Below, piece by piece: positions 39,365 to 48,454 of a DNA stretch of 64,000 nt; positions within the stretch are counted from its first letter, which is position 1; every line of letters begins with the position of its first letter. Below the pieces are notes generated by a model. The model was not told the DNA's origin. It did no database searches and worked only from the letters and a program-made list of their open reading frames with translations. A program made the translations under genes and the position numbers. This stretch comes from an uncultured Actinomycetota bacterium (GTDB taxonomy: Bacteria; Actinomycetota; Thermoleophilia; Gaiellales; Gaiellaceae), in the NCBI GenBank assembly GCA_963703255.1, contig OY969809.1:11332-75331 (forward strand), read 5' to 3'.

Positions 39365-40629
39365 GCGGCTGCCGGCGGCCTCGCGAGCCGCGTTGCCATA
39401 ACGGTTCCCGCGATCGCGACCACGGCGAGGGCGACCGCCGAGACGGCGAAGATCGGCCGGGGCGCCGCCAGCGCGAACACCGGTGCGATCAGCAGCAGGC
39501 CCGTGGCATGCGAGCCGCGGTGCACGAACGAGATCACGCCGAGGACGCGGCCGAGGACGGCGTCGGGGACGTCTTCCTGGGCGGCGGAGTTGAGCAGGAC
39601 GTACGACGAGCTCTCCGCCGTGCCCGAGAAGACGGCGGCGGCGAACGCGGGCGGGATCGAGGTCGCCACCGCGAGCAGCAGGTAGGCGGGCAGGTCGAAG
39701 AGCCAGGCGAGCATGCTCGCGCGGGCCTTGCGCCGGACGGGGATGCGGGCAAGCAGCGCTCCGACCGCGATCGAGCCGACCGCGAATCCGATCATCACGA
39801 TCGAGAAGCCGCCGGCTCCGTGATGCAGAGACTTCCGGATCAGCGTCGGGACGCCGGCGATCCAGCAGCCGGTCGAGATCGTCATCGTCACGCTCATCGT
39901 CACGACCGCGGAGCTCAACGCCCGCCGAGGCCGCAGCGCCGCGATGCCTTCGCGCAGGCGCGCCGCCTCCCCGTGCGCCGCCCGCCCGCGACCCGACCGC
40001 ATCCGGAGGATCAGCGCGGCAGAGACGAGGAACGTGCCTGCATCGACGGCGAAGAAGGTGCTCAGCGGCAGGAAGCTGAGGAGCAGGGCGGCGAGGGCCC
40101 AGCCTCCGATCGAGAGGCCGTCGGCAGTCGCCTGGACGAGGGCGTTTGCCCGCTGCACGTTCTCCCGGTCGACGACGGCCGGGATCGTCGCTCCGTAGGC
40201 CGGGGCGAAGTAGCTCGTCGCCGCCTCGAGCAGGAACGCAGCGATCACGAGGCTCCAGAGCGAGAGCGAGCCGGTCAGGCCGAGCACCGCGATCGGCAGG
40301 AGCGTCGCCCCTCGCGCGAGATCGGCTCCGATCATCAGCTTCCGCCGGCTCCAGCGGTCGGCCGCGATCCCGCCGTGCAGCCCGAACACGAGGGCCGGGA
40401 GGCTGTCTGCAAGCCGAACGGCGACCACTCCGAGCGGCCCGCCGCGCTGGAGGGCCACCCACATCAGGGCGATGTAGTTGAGCGAGTCGCCGAGCTCGCT
40501 GATCGACACTGCGAGAAAGAGCGTCCGGAAGTCGCGGCGGCGCAGGAGCGCGCGCGCCTGTCCGCCGGGCCCGGCGCCGCGCTCGGTGAGCTCGAGCTCG
40601 CGTGGACGGTCGAAGACGGGATCCGACAT
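39361..40629 (-). CDS. MFS transporter
   Basis: ORF 39361..40629. 12 TM, ADRWSRRK loop motif typical of MFS_3/EntS-like exporters. Confidence 0.85.
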   Translation of the reverse strand: MSDPVFDRPRELELTERGAGPGGQARALLRRRDFRTLFLAVSISELGDSLNYIALMWVALQRGGPLGVVAVRLADSLPALVFGLHGGIAADRWSRRKLMIGADLARGATLLPIAVLGLTGSLSLWSLVIAAFLLEAATSYFAPAYGATIPAVVDRENVQRANALVQATADGLSIGGWALAALLLSFLPLSTFFAVDAGTFLVSAALILRMRSGRGRAAHGEAARLREGIAALRPRRALSSAVVTMSVTMTISTGCWIAGVPTLIRKSLHHGAGGFSIVMIGFAVGSIAVGALLARIPVRRKARASMLAWLFDLPAYLLLAVATSIPPAFAAAVFSGTAESSSYVLLNSAAQEDVPDAVLGRVLGVISFVHRGSHATGLLLIAPVFALAAPRPIFAVSAVALAVVAIAGTVMATRLARPPAAA

Positions 40630-40690
40630 GCCCGCGAGTGTGCACGCTCGCCTCGGCTGGACGACGACGCACTAGAGTCCCTGTACCACC

Positions 40691-41104
40691 ATGCCGACTC
40701 GCAAGCAGCGCGCCCGGAGGGCAAAGAGCTTCCGTCACGAGTACGGCTTCGTGGTCAACGACGAGGAGGGCAACGAGGTCGAGGTCGCGGGCTCCGAGCT
40801 GCGGGGCGACAAGAAGGACACGTCGAAGAGCTCCAAGCCGGGCGCGAAGGGAAAGCCCCGGAGCAGCCGTGCGCTGCGGGAGCCCACGCCGCCCTCGTGG
40901 GACCGCGCGCTCAAGCGGGGAGGTCTCTGGGGCCTCGCGACGGTCGTGCTCTCGGTGCTCCTGCTCAAGGGCATCTCGGTACCGAGCCGAGCGGCGATCG
41001 GGCTCCTCTACGCGGTCATGTTCATCCCGCTCACCTACTGGATCGACGGAGTCGTGTATCGCCGCTTCAACAAGCGCAAGCAGGGCGGCGGCAAGGCGCG
41101 CTGA
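40691..41104 (+). CDS. small membrane protein (137 aa)
   Basis: ORF 40691..41104. Basic, disordered N-terminal half and two C-terminal TM helices. Confidence 0.65.
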   Translation: MPTRKQRARRAKSFRHEYGFVVNDEEGNEVEVAGSELRGDKKDTSKSSKPGAKGKPRSSRALREPTPPSWDRALKRGGLWGLATVVLSVLLLKGISVPSRAAIGLLYAVMFIPLTYWIDGVVYRRFNKRKQGGGKAR

Positions 41105-41157
41105 GACGACGGTCGCAGGAGCCCGAGGAATCCGGGCTCCTCTCTAGACTCGGCGGG

Positions 41158-41811
41158 ATGCTCGTTGCCGTCGATCGTGTCGTCCTGAGCCGGGACTTCG
41201 GCTCCAACTGCTACCTCGTCCGCGCATCCGACGCGGCCGGCGAGGCCGTCGCCGTCGACCCCGGCGGCCACCCGGGGCCGCTTCTCGGCCTGCTCGAGAC
41301 GCTCGGCGCGTCGCTTGCGGGCATCCTCGTCACGCATACCGACATCGACCACGTCGCAGGCCTGGCCGCGCTCGCGTCGGCGACAGGGGCCGAGGCCTGG
41401 GTTCCCGCCGGCGAGGTGGAGGCAGTTCGGCGAGGGACGACTCGCTCGGGCCCCGTTGAGCCGCACGACGCTGCCCACGAGCTCCGCGACGGCGACACGA
41501 TCCGGGTCGCGGGGCTCGAGCTCGAGGTCGTCGGCGTGCCAGGCCACTCGGTCGATCACGTCGCGTTCTGCGTCGAGGGCAAGCTCTTCTCGGGTGACCT
41601 GCTCTTCGCGGGCTCGGTCGGCCGGGTCGATTTCCCCGGCGGCGACTGGGAGACGCTGCTCGCATCCGTGGGTCGCCTCCTCGACCGGTTCGGGCCGGAG
41701 GCGGTCGTCTATCCGGGCCACGGCGACCCGACGACGCTTGGGCAGGAGCTCGCGTCGAACCCGTTTCTCGGCGAGCTTCGAGCCTCGCGCGCGGGACAAG
41801 CGGGGCTCTGA
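41158..41811 (+). CDS. MBL-fold metallo-hydrolase (glyoxalase II-like)
   Basis: Last 217 codons of ORF 36676..41811 from ATG 41158. THTDIDH (HxHxDH-type) and GHS...HGD motifs. Confidence 0.85.
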   Translation: MLVAVDRVVLSRDFGSNCYLVRASDAAGEAVAVDPGGHPGPLLGLLETLGASLAGILVTHTDIDHVAGLAALASATGAEAWVPAGEVEAVRRGTTRSGPVEPHDAAHELRDGDTIRVAGLELEVVGVPGHSVDHVAFCVEGKLFSGDLLFAGSVGRVDFPGGDWETLLASVGRLLDRFGPEAVVYPGHGDPTTLGQELASNPFLGELRASRAGQAGL

Positions 41812-43064
41812 TGGCCGAGCGCTTTCAGGCGCCGCGCGGGACTCACGACATCCTGCCGGCCGATCAGCCCGTGTGGTTCGACACGCTCGTCGCGACGATC
41901 GAGCGACTGGCGCGGCTCTACGGCTACCGCCGGATCCAGACGCCGACGTTCGAGGACACCGATCTCTTCCAGCGCACCTCCGGGAGCGGGTCGGACGTCG
42001 TCCAGAAGGAGATGTACACCTTCACCGACAGGAGCGACCGCTCGCTCACGCTCCGCCCGGAGGGCACGGCGCCCGTCTGTCGCGCCTACGTCGAGCACGG
42101 CATGCACCGGGACCCCCAGCCCGTGAAGCTCTACACGCTCGCGCCAATGTTCCGGTACGCCGCCCCGCAGAAGGGCCGGTACCGGGAGCACTGGCAGCTC
42201 TCGCTCGAGGCGATCGGATCGGCCGATCCGGCGATCGACGCCGAGGTGATTCAGATCTACCGCCGCCTCCTGGGCGAGCTCGGGATCGGCGACTTCCGGC
42301 TCGAGCTCAACTCGATCGGCGACCAGGCCTGCCGCCCGGCCTACATCGAGCGCCTGAACGCCTGGCTCGACGCCAACGTGGACGTGCTCGACGCCGAGGC
42401 GCGCGAGAAGCGGGTGACGAGTCCCCTGCGTGTGTTCGATGTCAAGACGCCGTCGGTGCGCGAGGCGCTGCGGGAGGCGCCGAAGATCGGCGACTCGCTC
42501 TGCCCGGAGTGCCGGGCCCACTTCGACGAGGTGCGCTCGTTTCTCGATGCCTACGGGGTTGAGTACGTGCTCGAGCCGACGCTCGTACGCGGGCTCGACT
42601 ACTACACACGCACCACCTGGGAGTTCGTCGGGCTCGAGGGCGGCGCGCAGTCGACGCTCTCGGGAGGCGGGCGCTACGACGGCCTCGTCGAGCAGATCGG
42701 CGGCCCTCCGACGCCGGGAATCGGGTTCGGAGCCGGCCTCGAGCGGCTTCAGGACGCCTACCGCGAGGCGCACGACCCGGGCGAGGGCTTCGATCCGGCG
42801 CAGCGCGACGCGCAGGTGTTCTTCGTCGTCGACGGCGCTCCGAGGGAGCAGGTCCTCACCGAGATGATGGCGCTGCGTGCCCGCGGCGTCGTCTGCGACG
42901 CCGACTACGCCGGACGGTCGTTCAAGGGGCAGATGACGCAGGCGGGCAGGAGTGGGGCGCGCGTGCTCGTGATCGCGCGCGCCGACGGCACCGTGGTTCG
43001 CAGGCAGGGCCGTGAGGATGAGCCGGCGGCGCTCGCTGGTCTCGGGGATACGCTCAGCCCATGA
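41811..43064 (+). CDS. hisS: histidine--tRNA ligase
   Basis: ORF 41811..43064. Class II motifs (RGTHD, LRPEGT, FRYAAPQKGRYREH, GGGRYDGL). ATGA overlap with the upstream gene. Confidence 0.95.
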   Translation: MAERFQAPRGTHDILPADQPVWFDTLVATIERLARLYGYRRIQTPTFEDTDLFQRTSGSGSDVVQKEMYTFTDRSDRSLTLRPEGTAPVCRAYVEHGMHRDPQPVKLYTLAPMFRYAAPQKGRYREHWQLSLEAIGSADPAIDAEVIQIYRRLLGELGIGDFRLELNSIGDQACRPAYIERLNAWLDANVDVLDAEAREKRVTSPLRVFDVKTPSVREALREAPKIGDSLCPECRAHFDEVRSFLDAYGVEYVLEPTLVRGLDYYTRTTWEFVGLEGGAQSTLSGGGRYDGLVEQIGGPPTPGIGFGAGLERLQDAYREAHDPGEGFDPAQRDAQVFFVVDGAPREQVLTEMMALRARGVVCDADYAGRSFKGQMTQAGRSGARVLVIARADGTVVRRQGREDEPAALAGLGDTLSP

Positions 43065-44803
43065 GTGCCTGGCGCGACCAGCGTGGCAGCTCCCTGCGGG
43101 CAGCCGACGAGGGAAGGACGGTCACGCTGGCCGGGTGGGTCGCCACGCGGCGCGACCACGGCGGGCTCGTGTTCGTCGACCTCCGCGACGAGGAGGGCCT
43201 CGTGCAGGTCGTCGTCAACCCCGAGAACGCACCGGCGGCGGCACAGGTCGCGCACGGGCTCCGCAACGAGTTCGTGATCAAGGTACGGGGAACCGTCGTC
43301 CATCGCGCCACCGGGACGGTGAACCCCGCGATGCAGACGGGCGAGATCGAGATCCAGGCCGGCGAGGTCGAGATCGTCTCGCGCTCCTCGCCGCTTCCGT
43401 TCCAGCTCGACGAGGAGGGCGTCGACGAGACGCTCAGGATCCGGTATCGCTGGCTCGACCTGCGCCGCTCGAAGATGCAGCGCAACATCAGGACGCGAGC
43501 GAAGCTCGTCTCGATCATCCGCAGCGAGATGGACGCCGAGGGCTTCGTCGACATCGAGACGCCGATCATGGGCAAGCCGACCCCGGAGGGCGCCCGCGAC
43601 TTCCTCGTGCCGACGCGTCTCCAGCCCGGTCGCTTCTTCGCACTGCCGCAGAGCCCGCAGATCTACAAGCAGCTGCTCGTCATCTCCGGGTTCGAGCGCT
43701 ACTACCAGGTCGCGAGGTGCTTCCGGGACGAGGATCTGCGCGCCGACCGGCTCCAGGAGCTCACCCAGCTCGACGTCGAGATGGCGTTTCCGGACCAGGA
43801 CTTCCTCTTCGCGCTCATCGAGCGGATCGTGGTCCGGATCTGGCGGGAGTGCCGCGGCGTCGAGCTCGAGCAGCCGTTCCCGCGGATGACCTGGGAGGAG
43901 GCCGACAGGCGGTACGGCTCCGACAAGCCCGACCTGCGCTTCGACCTCGAGATCGAGGAGGCAACCGAGGCGACCCGGGGCTCGGGCTTCAGGGTGTTCG
44001 CCGAGGCGCCGGCGGTGCGCTTCCTGCGGGTGCCGCGGGAGCTCTCGCGCGGCGATCTCGCGAAGCTCGAGGAGATCGCGAAGCAGTGGGGTGCGAAGGG
44101 GCTCGCCTACCTCGTCGTCGGCGACGACGGCGACCTGCGCTCGCCGATCGCGAAGTTCCTCGGTGAAGCCGAGCTCGAAGCGCTGCGCGCCGCCCCGGGA
44201 GAGACGCTGCTCTTCGCCGCCGACGAGCCGGCGATGGTCTCGAGGGTGCTCGGGGCGCTCCGGCTCCATCTCGGCCGGGAGCTCGACCTGATCGACCGCG
44301 ACGCCTGGCGCTTCCTGTGGGTGACCGACTTCCCGATGTTCGAGTGGGACGCGGAGCTCGAGCGCTGGGATGCCGTGCACCACCCGTTCACGCGACCGAA
44401 CGCGGAAGGCGCGGCCCTGCTCGACACCGACCCTGGCGCCGCGAAGGCAGTCGCCTACGACCTGATCGGCAACGGGGTCGAGCTCGCCGGGGGCTCGTTC
44501 CGGATCCACGAGGCAGAGCTCCAGGAGAAGGTGTTCGGGCTCCTACGGATCTCGCCGGAGGAGCAGCGCTCGAAGTTCGGGTTCCTGCTCGACGCGCTCG
44601 CGATGGGAGCGCCGCCGCACGGCGGGATCGCCTCGGGCATCGACCGCCTGTCGATGACCTTGCTGGACGAGCCGTTCATCCGCGACACGCTTGCCTTCCC
44701 GAAGAACCAGGCGGGGGTCGACCCGATGTCCGGCGCGCCCACCTCGGTCGAGCCGGCGCAGCTGAACGAGCTCGGGATCGCCGTCACCGTCGAGGAGCCA
44801 TGA
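43061..44803 (+). CDS. aspS: aspartate--tRNA ligase
   Basis: ORF 43061..44803. OB-fold N-terminus, FRDEDLRADRQ-like motif, GGSFRIH, intact 580 aa. ATGA overlap with hisS. Confidence 0.95.
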   Translation: MSAWRDQRGSSLRAADEGRTVTLAGWVATRRDHGGLVFVDLRDEEGLVQVVVNPENAPAAAQVAHGLRNEFVIKVRGTVVHRATGTVNPAMQTGEIEIQAGEVEIVSRSSPLPFQLDEEGVDETLRIRYRWLDLRRSKMQRNIRTRAKLVSIIRSEMDAEGFVDIETPIMGKPTPEGARDFLVPTRLQPGRFFALPQSPQIYKQLLVISGFERYYQVARCFRDEDLRADRLQELTQLDVEMAFPDQDFLFALIERIVVRIWRECRGVELEQPFPRMTWEEADRRYGSDKPDLRFDLEIEEATEATRGSGFRVFAEAPAVRFLRVPRELSRGDLAKLEEIAKQWGAKGLAYLVVGDDGDLRSPIAKFLGEAELEALRAAPGETLLFAADEPAMVSRVLGALRLHLGRELDLIDRDAWRFLWVTDFPMFEWDAELERWDAVHHPFTRPNAEGAALLDTDPGAAKAVAYDLIGNGVELAGGSFRIHEAELQEKVFGLLRISPEEQRSKFGFLLDALAMGAPPHGGIASGIDRLSMTLLDEPFIRDTLAFPKNQAGVDPMSGAPTSVEPAQLNELGIAVTVEEP

Positions 44804-44832
44804 TTCGAGAAGGTAGGGAGCGGCGCGCCTAA

Positions 44833-45714
44833 ATGACGAGGCGGCGCGGTCGGAGATTCCTGCTGGAGGTGGCGTTCCTTGCCGGAATCGCCGCGGGCGT
44901 CACCGTTGCGCGCCTTCATGCCCCGGCCGTGATCGCGCTGATGGCGGCGGCCTGGATCCTTGTCGCCCTGCTCGAGTGGGCGGCCTGGCGCGATGTCCCC
45001 CACTACGGGCGAGGGCTTCCGCCCCGCTACTACGTGCCGCAAGTGGCGCTTCCGCCACCTCGGGCGGTCGAGCAGCGCCCGGTGGCCTATCCGGCCGTGG
45101 CGGTGCCGGCGGAAGAGCCGACCTGGATCGCTCCGGCGGGCGAGTGGGGGGAGACGCTCGTCGACTGGCCCGTCTTCGGGTCCCAGGTCGTCGAGGAGAC
45201 ACAGATTGGCAATCAGACCCAGGTTGGCGATGAGACCCGGGTTGGCGATGAGACCCGGGTTGGCGACCGAGCCCAGCTCGGCGACGAGACCGAGATCATC
45301 GACGCGGAAGAGCTCGACGAGGAGCCGGTCGCGAGCGCTCACGGCGAGCTGGCGGCGATCGGGCTTCCCCCGGTGGTCGATGACGCAGACGAGCCGGTGA
45401 CAGCCGAGGACGCGCTCGAGCACGAGCTCGAGGAGCCGGTGCCTGCGCAAGCCGCAAGGGTCGATCCCGGTCTCGCCGCGGCCGTGCCCGTGCTCGAGTA
45501 CGAAGCGGTCGAGCTCCGGATGCCCGAGCGAATCGAGCGGCCCGCGTTCCACCACGTCGACCCGCTGGAGGCCCAGGCACGCAGGCGCTGGTTTCGCCGG
45601 ACAGTGGCGGAGACGGCGATCGAGATCCGCGACGGCGCTCCTCCCGGGCGCGCGCTTCCCGCAGCGTTGAGCGGCTCGGCGCCGGGCAGCGGACGGAGCC
45701 CGCAGGAGCCGTGA
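44833..45714 (+). CDS. membrane protein with acidic repeat region
   Basis: ORF 44833..45714. Two N-terminal TM helices, then an acidic region containing five xGDETR-type hexapeptide repeats. Confidence 0.6.
   Translation: MTRRRGRRFLLEVAFLAGIAAGVTVARLHAPAVIALMAAAWILVALLEWAAWRDVPHYGRGLPPRYYVPQVALPPPRAVEQRPVAYPAVAVPAEEPTWIAPAGEWGETLVDWPVFGSQVVEETQIGNQTQVGDETRVGDETRVGDRAQLGDETEIIDAEELDEEPVASAHGELAAIGLPPVVDDADEPVTAEDALEHELEEPVPAQAARVDPGLAAAVPVLEYEAVELRMPERIERPAFHHVDPLEAQARRRWFRRTVAETAIEIRDGAPPGRALPAALSGSAPGSGRSPQEP
45205..45294 (+). repeat. five tandem 18-bp units (two identical: GTTGGCGATGAGACCCGG)
   Basis: Read directly from the sequence. In-frame coding repeat IGNQTQ-VGDETR-VGDETR-VGDRAQ-LGDETE. 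Confidence 0.9.
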
Positions 45715-46118
45715 GGCGCCCGCTGGCCGAACGGCAGGCGATGCTCGCCGGGGCGGCGCTCCTTGCGATCGTGGCCTCGCTTGCGATCACCTCGCGGCAC
45801 GGGTCGCGCTCGGCGGATCTGCCGGCGCCGAGCGGGTCGTACAGTGCCCTCGTCAGCTCCACGGGGCCGGGCTCCTTCGGCAAGACGACCTCCTGTGCCG
45901 TCCGCCTCGGCCCGGCGACGCTCGGGATCTCGAGCCCGGTGCTGCCGTGCGGGGTGCGCCTCTACCTCTCCTACCGGGGAACGACGGTCCTCGCCTCGGT
46001 GATCGGACGAACGCCGGCCGCTCCCGGGGGCGAGTTCGGCTTGACGCAGGCGCTCGCGCGGCGACTCGGCGTCACAGGCGTCCGGCGCGTGCGCTGGAGC
46101 TACGCGGCCGCGAGTTGA
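45711..46118 (+). CDS. secreted RlpA-like (double-psi beta-barrel) protein
   Basis: ORF 45711..46118. GTG overlaps the upstream stop. TM/signal anchor, then a pattern resembling the RlpA/DPBB fold (SSPVLPCGVRLYLSYRGTTVLASVIGRTP...FGLTQALARRLG). Confidence 0.55.
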   Translation: MRRPLAERQAMLAGAALLAIVASLAITSRHGSRSADLPAPSGSYSALVSSTGPGSFGKTTSCAVRLGPATLGISSPVLPCGVRLYLSYRGTTVLASVIGRTPAAPGGEFGLTQALARRLGVTGVRRVRWSYAAAS

Positions 46119-46136
46119 GCTCAGCTACAGTGGCCC

Positions 46137-46317
46137 GCTCGGAGTGCCCGATCCCGTGCGCAACGTCGCGCACCATGTAGAACCAACGCTACGTGAAAGG
46201 GAGCTCGTGTCGGGCCAGGCGCAGTTGCGCCCCCGGGCCGCGCGGCACCCACCTGGCTTGCCAGGTTCACACGGACGCGGCGAGCCGGCGGGGTCGGGGC
46301 ACTCCGAGCTTTTCTTA
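46137..46317 (+). ncRNA. candidate structured sRNA with 6S-like architecture
   Basis: 20-bp closing helix 46137-56 / 46289-46309 (one bulge, one G-U valid only on the plus strand) followed by TTTTCTT. A 16 x 14 nt internal loop, then helix 46173-84 / 46264-74. No protein-like ORF in any frame across 46119-46623. Confidence 0.3.
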
Positions 46318-46623
46318 CGGTGGCCGCCCGAGCCGCCGATGGCGCGAGCCGACTCCAGCGCTCGCCTGGCCGTTTGTGACGGCATCGAGTGGCCCAGAGC
46401 CGTCGGATCCGGCCGGCTGTGGAGAAAGCTCTTCACTTTCGACACGAGGTCGAGGCACGGGCGTCACCATTCGCCCCCTACGATCCTTACCCCGTGGGTG
46501 GGTGGGGGTTTGGGATGGGGACTTGGCGAGTTGCCGACCGACTCCCGTGAGGGGCCGAGGAGGCGAGACGGCGGAGCCCGACCGCACCGGTTCGCCTCCA
46601 GGGGCGGAAGCTACGCTGGCCGC

Positions 46624-47884
46624 ATGAGAGAGCTTCTCGGCGACTCCGCGCGCGGCGAGGAGTGGGCTGCAGTGCGGCTCGAGGTCGACGGGCAGCGCAT
46701 CGTCGCCGCCGACGCGCCGGGGCTCCAGCGCGACCTCGTCGGGCTCACGCTGCTCGAGGCGGCCGCGGTCGGCGGCGAGACCCTCGCCGCCGATGCGCTC
46801 GCAAACGCGATCGGCCCGGCGATCCGGGCGGAGCCCGACCCAGGGCGCACGGCGGTCGCGATGAGCGGCGGCGTCGACAGCGCGGTCGCGCTCCTCGCCG
46901 CCGGCCCGGCCGCCGTCGGCGTCACGCTCAGGCTCTGGATCGATCCACACGCGTCCGCCTCGCGAGCGGGTCTGCTGCTCGCCGGCCGCCGTCGTCGCCG
47001 CCCGCGAGACATGCCACCGGCTCGGGTTGCCGCACGTGACGCTCGATCTCCGCGAGGAGTTCAGAGCGGCGGTCGTCGCGCCGTTCCAGCGCGGCTACGA
47101 GCGCGGCGAGACGCCGAACCCCTGCATCCGCTGCAACGGCAACTTCCGCTTCGACGAGCTCCTCCGCTTCGCGACACGAATCGGGGCGAGCCGGCTCGCG
47201 ACCGGTCACTACGCCCGGATCGTCACGCGTCACGGGCGTCTCGCGGTCGGCCGGGCGGTCGACCGCGACAAGGACCAGAGCTACATGCTCGCGACGCTCG
47301 CCCCGGAGACCCTCGAGCGGGTCTGGTTCCCGCTCGGCGGCCAGACGAAGGCGGAGACGCGGGCGCAGGCCGAAGCGGCGGGGCTCGCTGTCGCCCAGCG
47401 TGCCGAGAGCCAGGAGGCGTGCTTCCTCGGCGGCGACGACTACCGCGCCTTTCTCGAGCGCGCGGGCCTCGAGCCGCGAGCCGGTGCCGTGGTCGACGAA
47501 GGCGGCCGCGAGCTCGGCACACACGACGGCCATTGGCGCTTCACGACGGGTCAGCGCCGCGGGCTGGGCGTCGCCTCTGCCGATCCGTTGTACGTCGTCT
47601 CGACCGACGCGCAGGCGAACACGGTCGTCGTCGGGCCGCGCGCCTCGCTTGCCCGCTCGCGGGTGCAGGTGCGCGGCCGCCTGGTCGGCGTCGAGGGCCG
47701 CGTCGAGGTGAAGCTCCGCCATCGCTCACCGGCAGTCGGGGCGACGGTGGTCGAGGCCCCGCGCGGTTTCGAGCTCGTGCTCGACGAGCCTGCCTACGGC
47801 GTTGCGCCCGGTCAGACCGCGGTGCTCTACGAGCGCGACGCGGTCGTCGGCTCGGGCGTGATCGTCGGCGCGACCGCCGACTGA
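46624..47884 (+). pseudogene. mnmA: tRNA 2-thiouridine(34) synthase MnmA, one frame break as sequenced, with an extra ~75-aa N-terminal extension
   Basis: Frame of ORF 46144..47943 from ATG 46624 gives ...AVAMSGGVDSAV (PP-loop)...GVTLRLWIDPHAS. A +1 shift near 46957 leads into RVCCSPAAVVAARETCHRLGLPHVTLDL...TPNPCIRCN...ATGHYAR (ORF 47027..47884). Confidence 0.85.
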
Positions 47885-47952
47885 CCGCCCGCCGCCCCAC
47901 GATCGGGCTCATCTCGCCCGCGCTCCCGCTCCGCCATCTCTAACATCGGCCG

Positions 47953-48424
47953 ATGCTCGCCTTCTCGTCCGGGGATGCCGCCCGCTACCTGCTCGCGTTC
48001 TTCCTGCTCGCGGTCGGGCTCGCGCTCGGCTGGGCGCTGCTCAAGCTCGCAACGCGTGTTCGCCCGGCTGGCGTCGCTCATCCGGGGCACCGAGCGGGAG
48101 ATCCTGCCGGTGATCAACAAGGTGGGCGGATCGGTCGACCGCGTCAACTCGCAGCTCGACAAGCTCGACACGGTCACCGACAGCGCCGTCGACGCGGTCG
48201 ACGCCGTCGACCAGGCGATCCGAACGGTGAGCTTCGGCGTCCGCCGGCCCGTGGAGAAGCTCGCGGGCATCTCGAGCGGCCTCTCGCACGGCTGGGCGGC
48301 GCTGCGCGCTCAGCGCGACTGGCGTGGCGCGGTGGCGACCGCCAAGGAGGCCTCGGCGAGGCGCGAGGCCGACCTCGAGGAAGAGCTCCACGGCGGCACG
48401 CCCGGCGCGCCGAGCGCCGGCTGA
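47953..48424 (+). pseudogene. DUF948-domain membrane protein, one frame break as sequenced
   Basis: ORF 47953.. gives the TM N-terminus to ALLKLA. A +1 shift at ~48052 (AA run) leads into RVFARLASLIRGTEREILPVINKVGGSVDRV... (ORF 47975..48424). Confidence 0.75.
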
Positions 48425-48454
48425 CCGGGCCGAGACCCGGCCTACACTATTTCT

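Noticed and set aside
36676-41811. Giant 1711-aa ORF, plus similar long ORFs such as 57952..60762 (936 aa), 33597..36650 (1017 aa) and 1308..3002.
   Set aside because: They run antisense to, or out of frame with, clearly conserved genes. Their translations are dominated by Arg, Gly, Ala and Pro, which is the typical stop-codon-poor shadow frame of a 70% GC genome. Only the last 217 codons of 36676..41811 (the MBL hydrolase) are real.
45205-45294. CRISPR-like array, considered also for the repeats at 11567-11602, 31016-42 and 51155-51230.
   Set aside because: The repeats are contiguous in-frame coding units or short palindromes without unique spacers of regular length. No cas genes are present in the window.
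46119-46623. RNase P RNA, tmRNA or SRP RNA in the 500-bp ORF-free gap.
   Set aside because: Hallmark sequences I know are absent: the RNase P P4 GAGGAAAGTCC, the tmRNA tRNA-like end and tag ORF, and the SRP GGAAGCAGCC-type domain IV motif.
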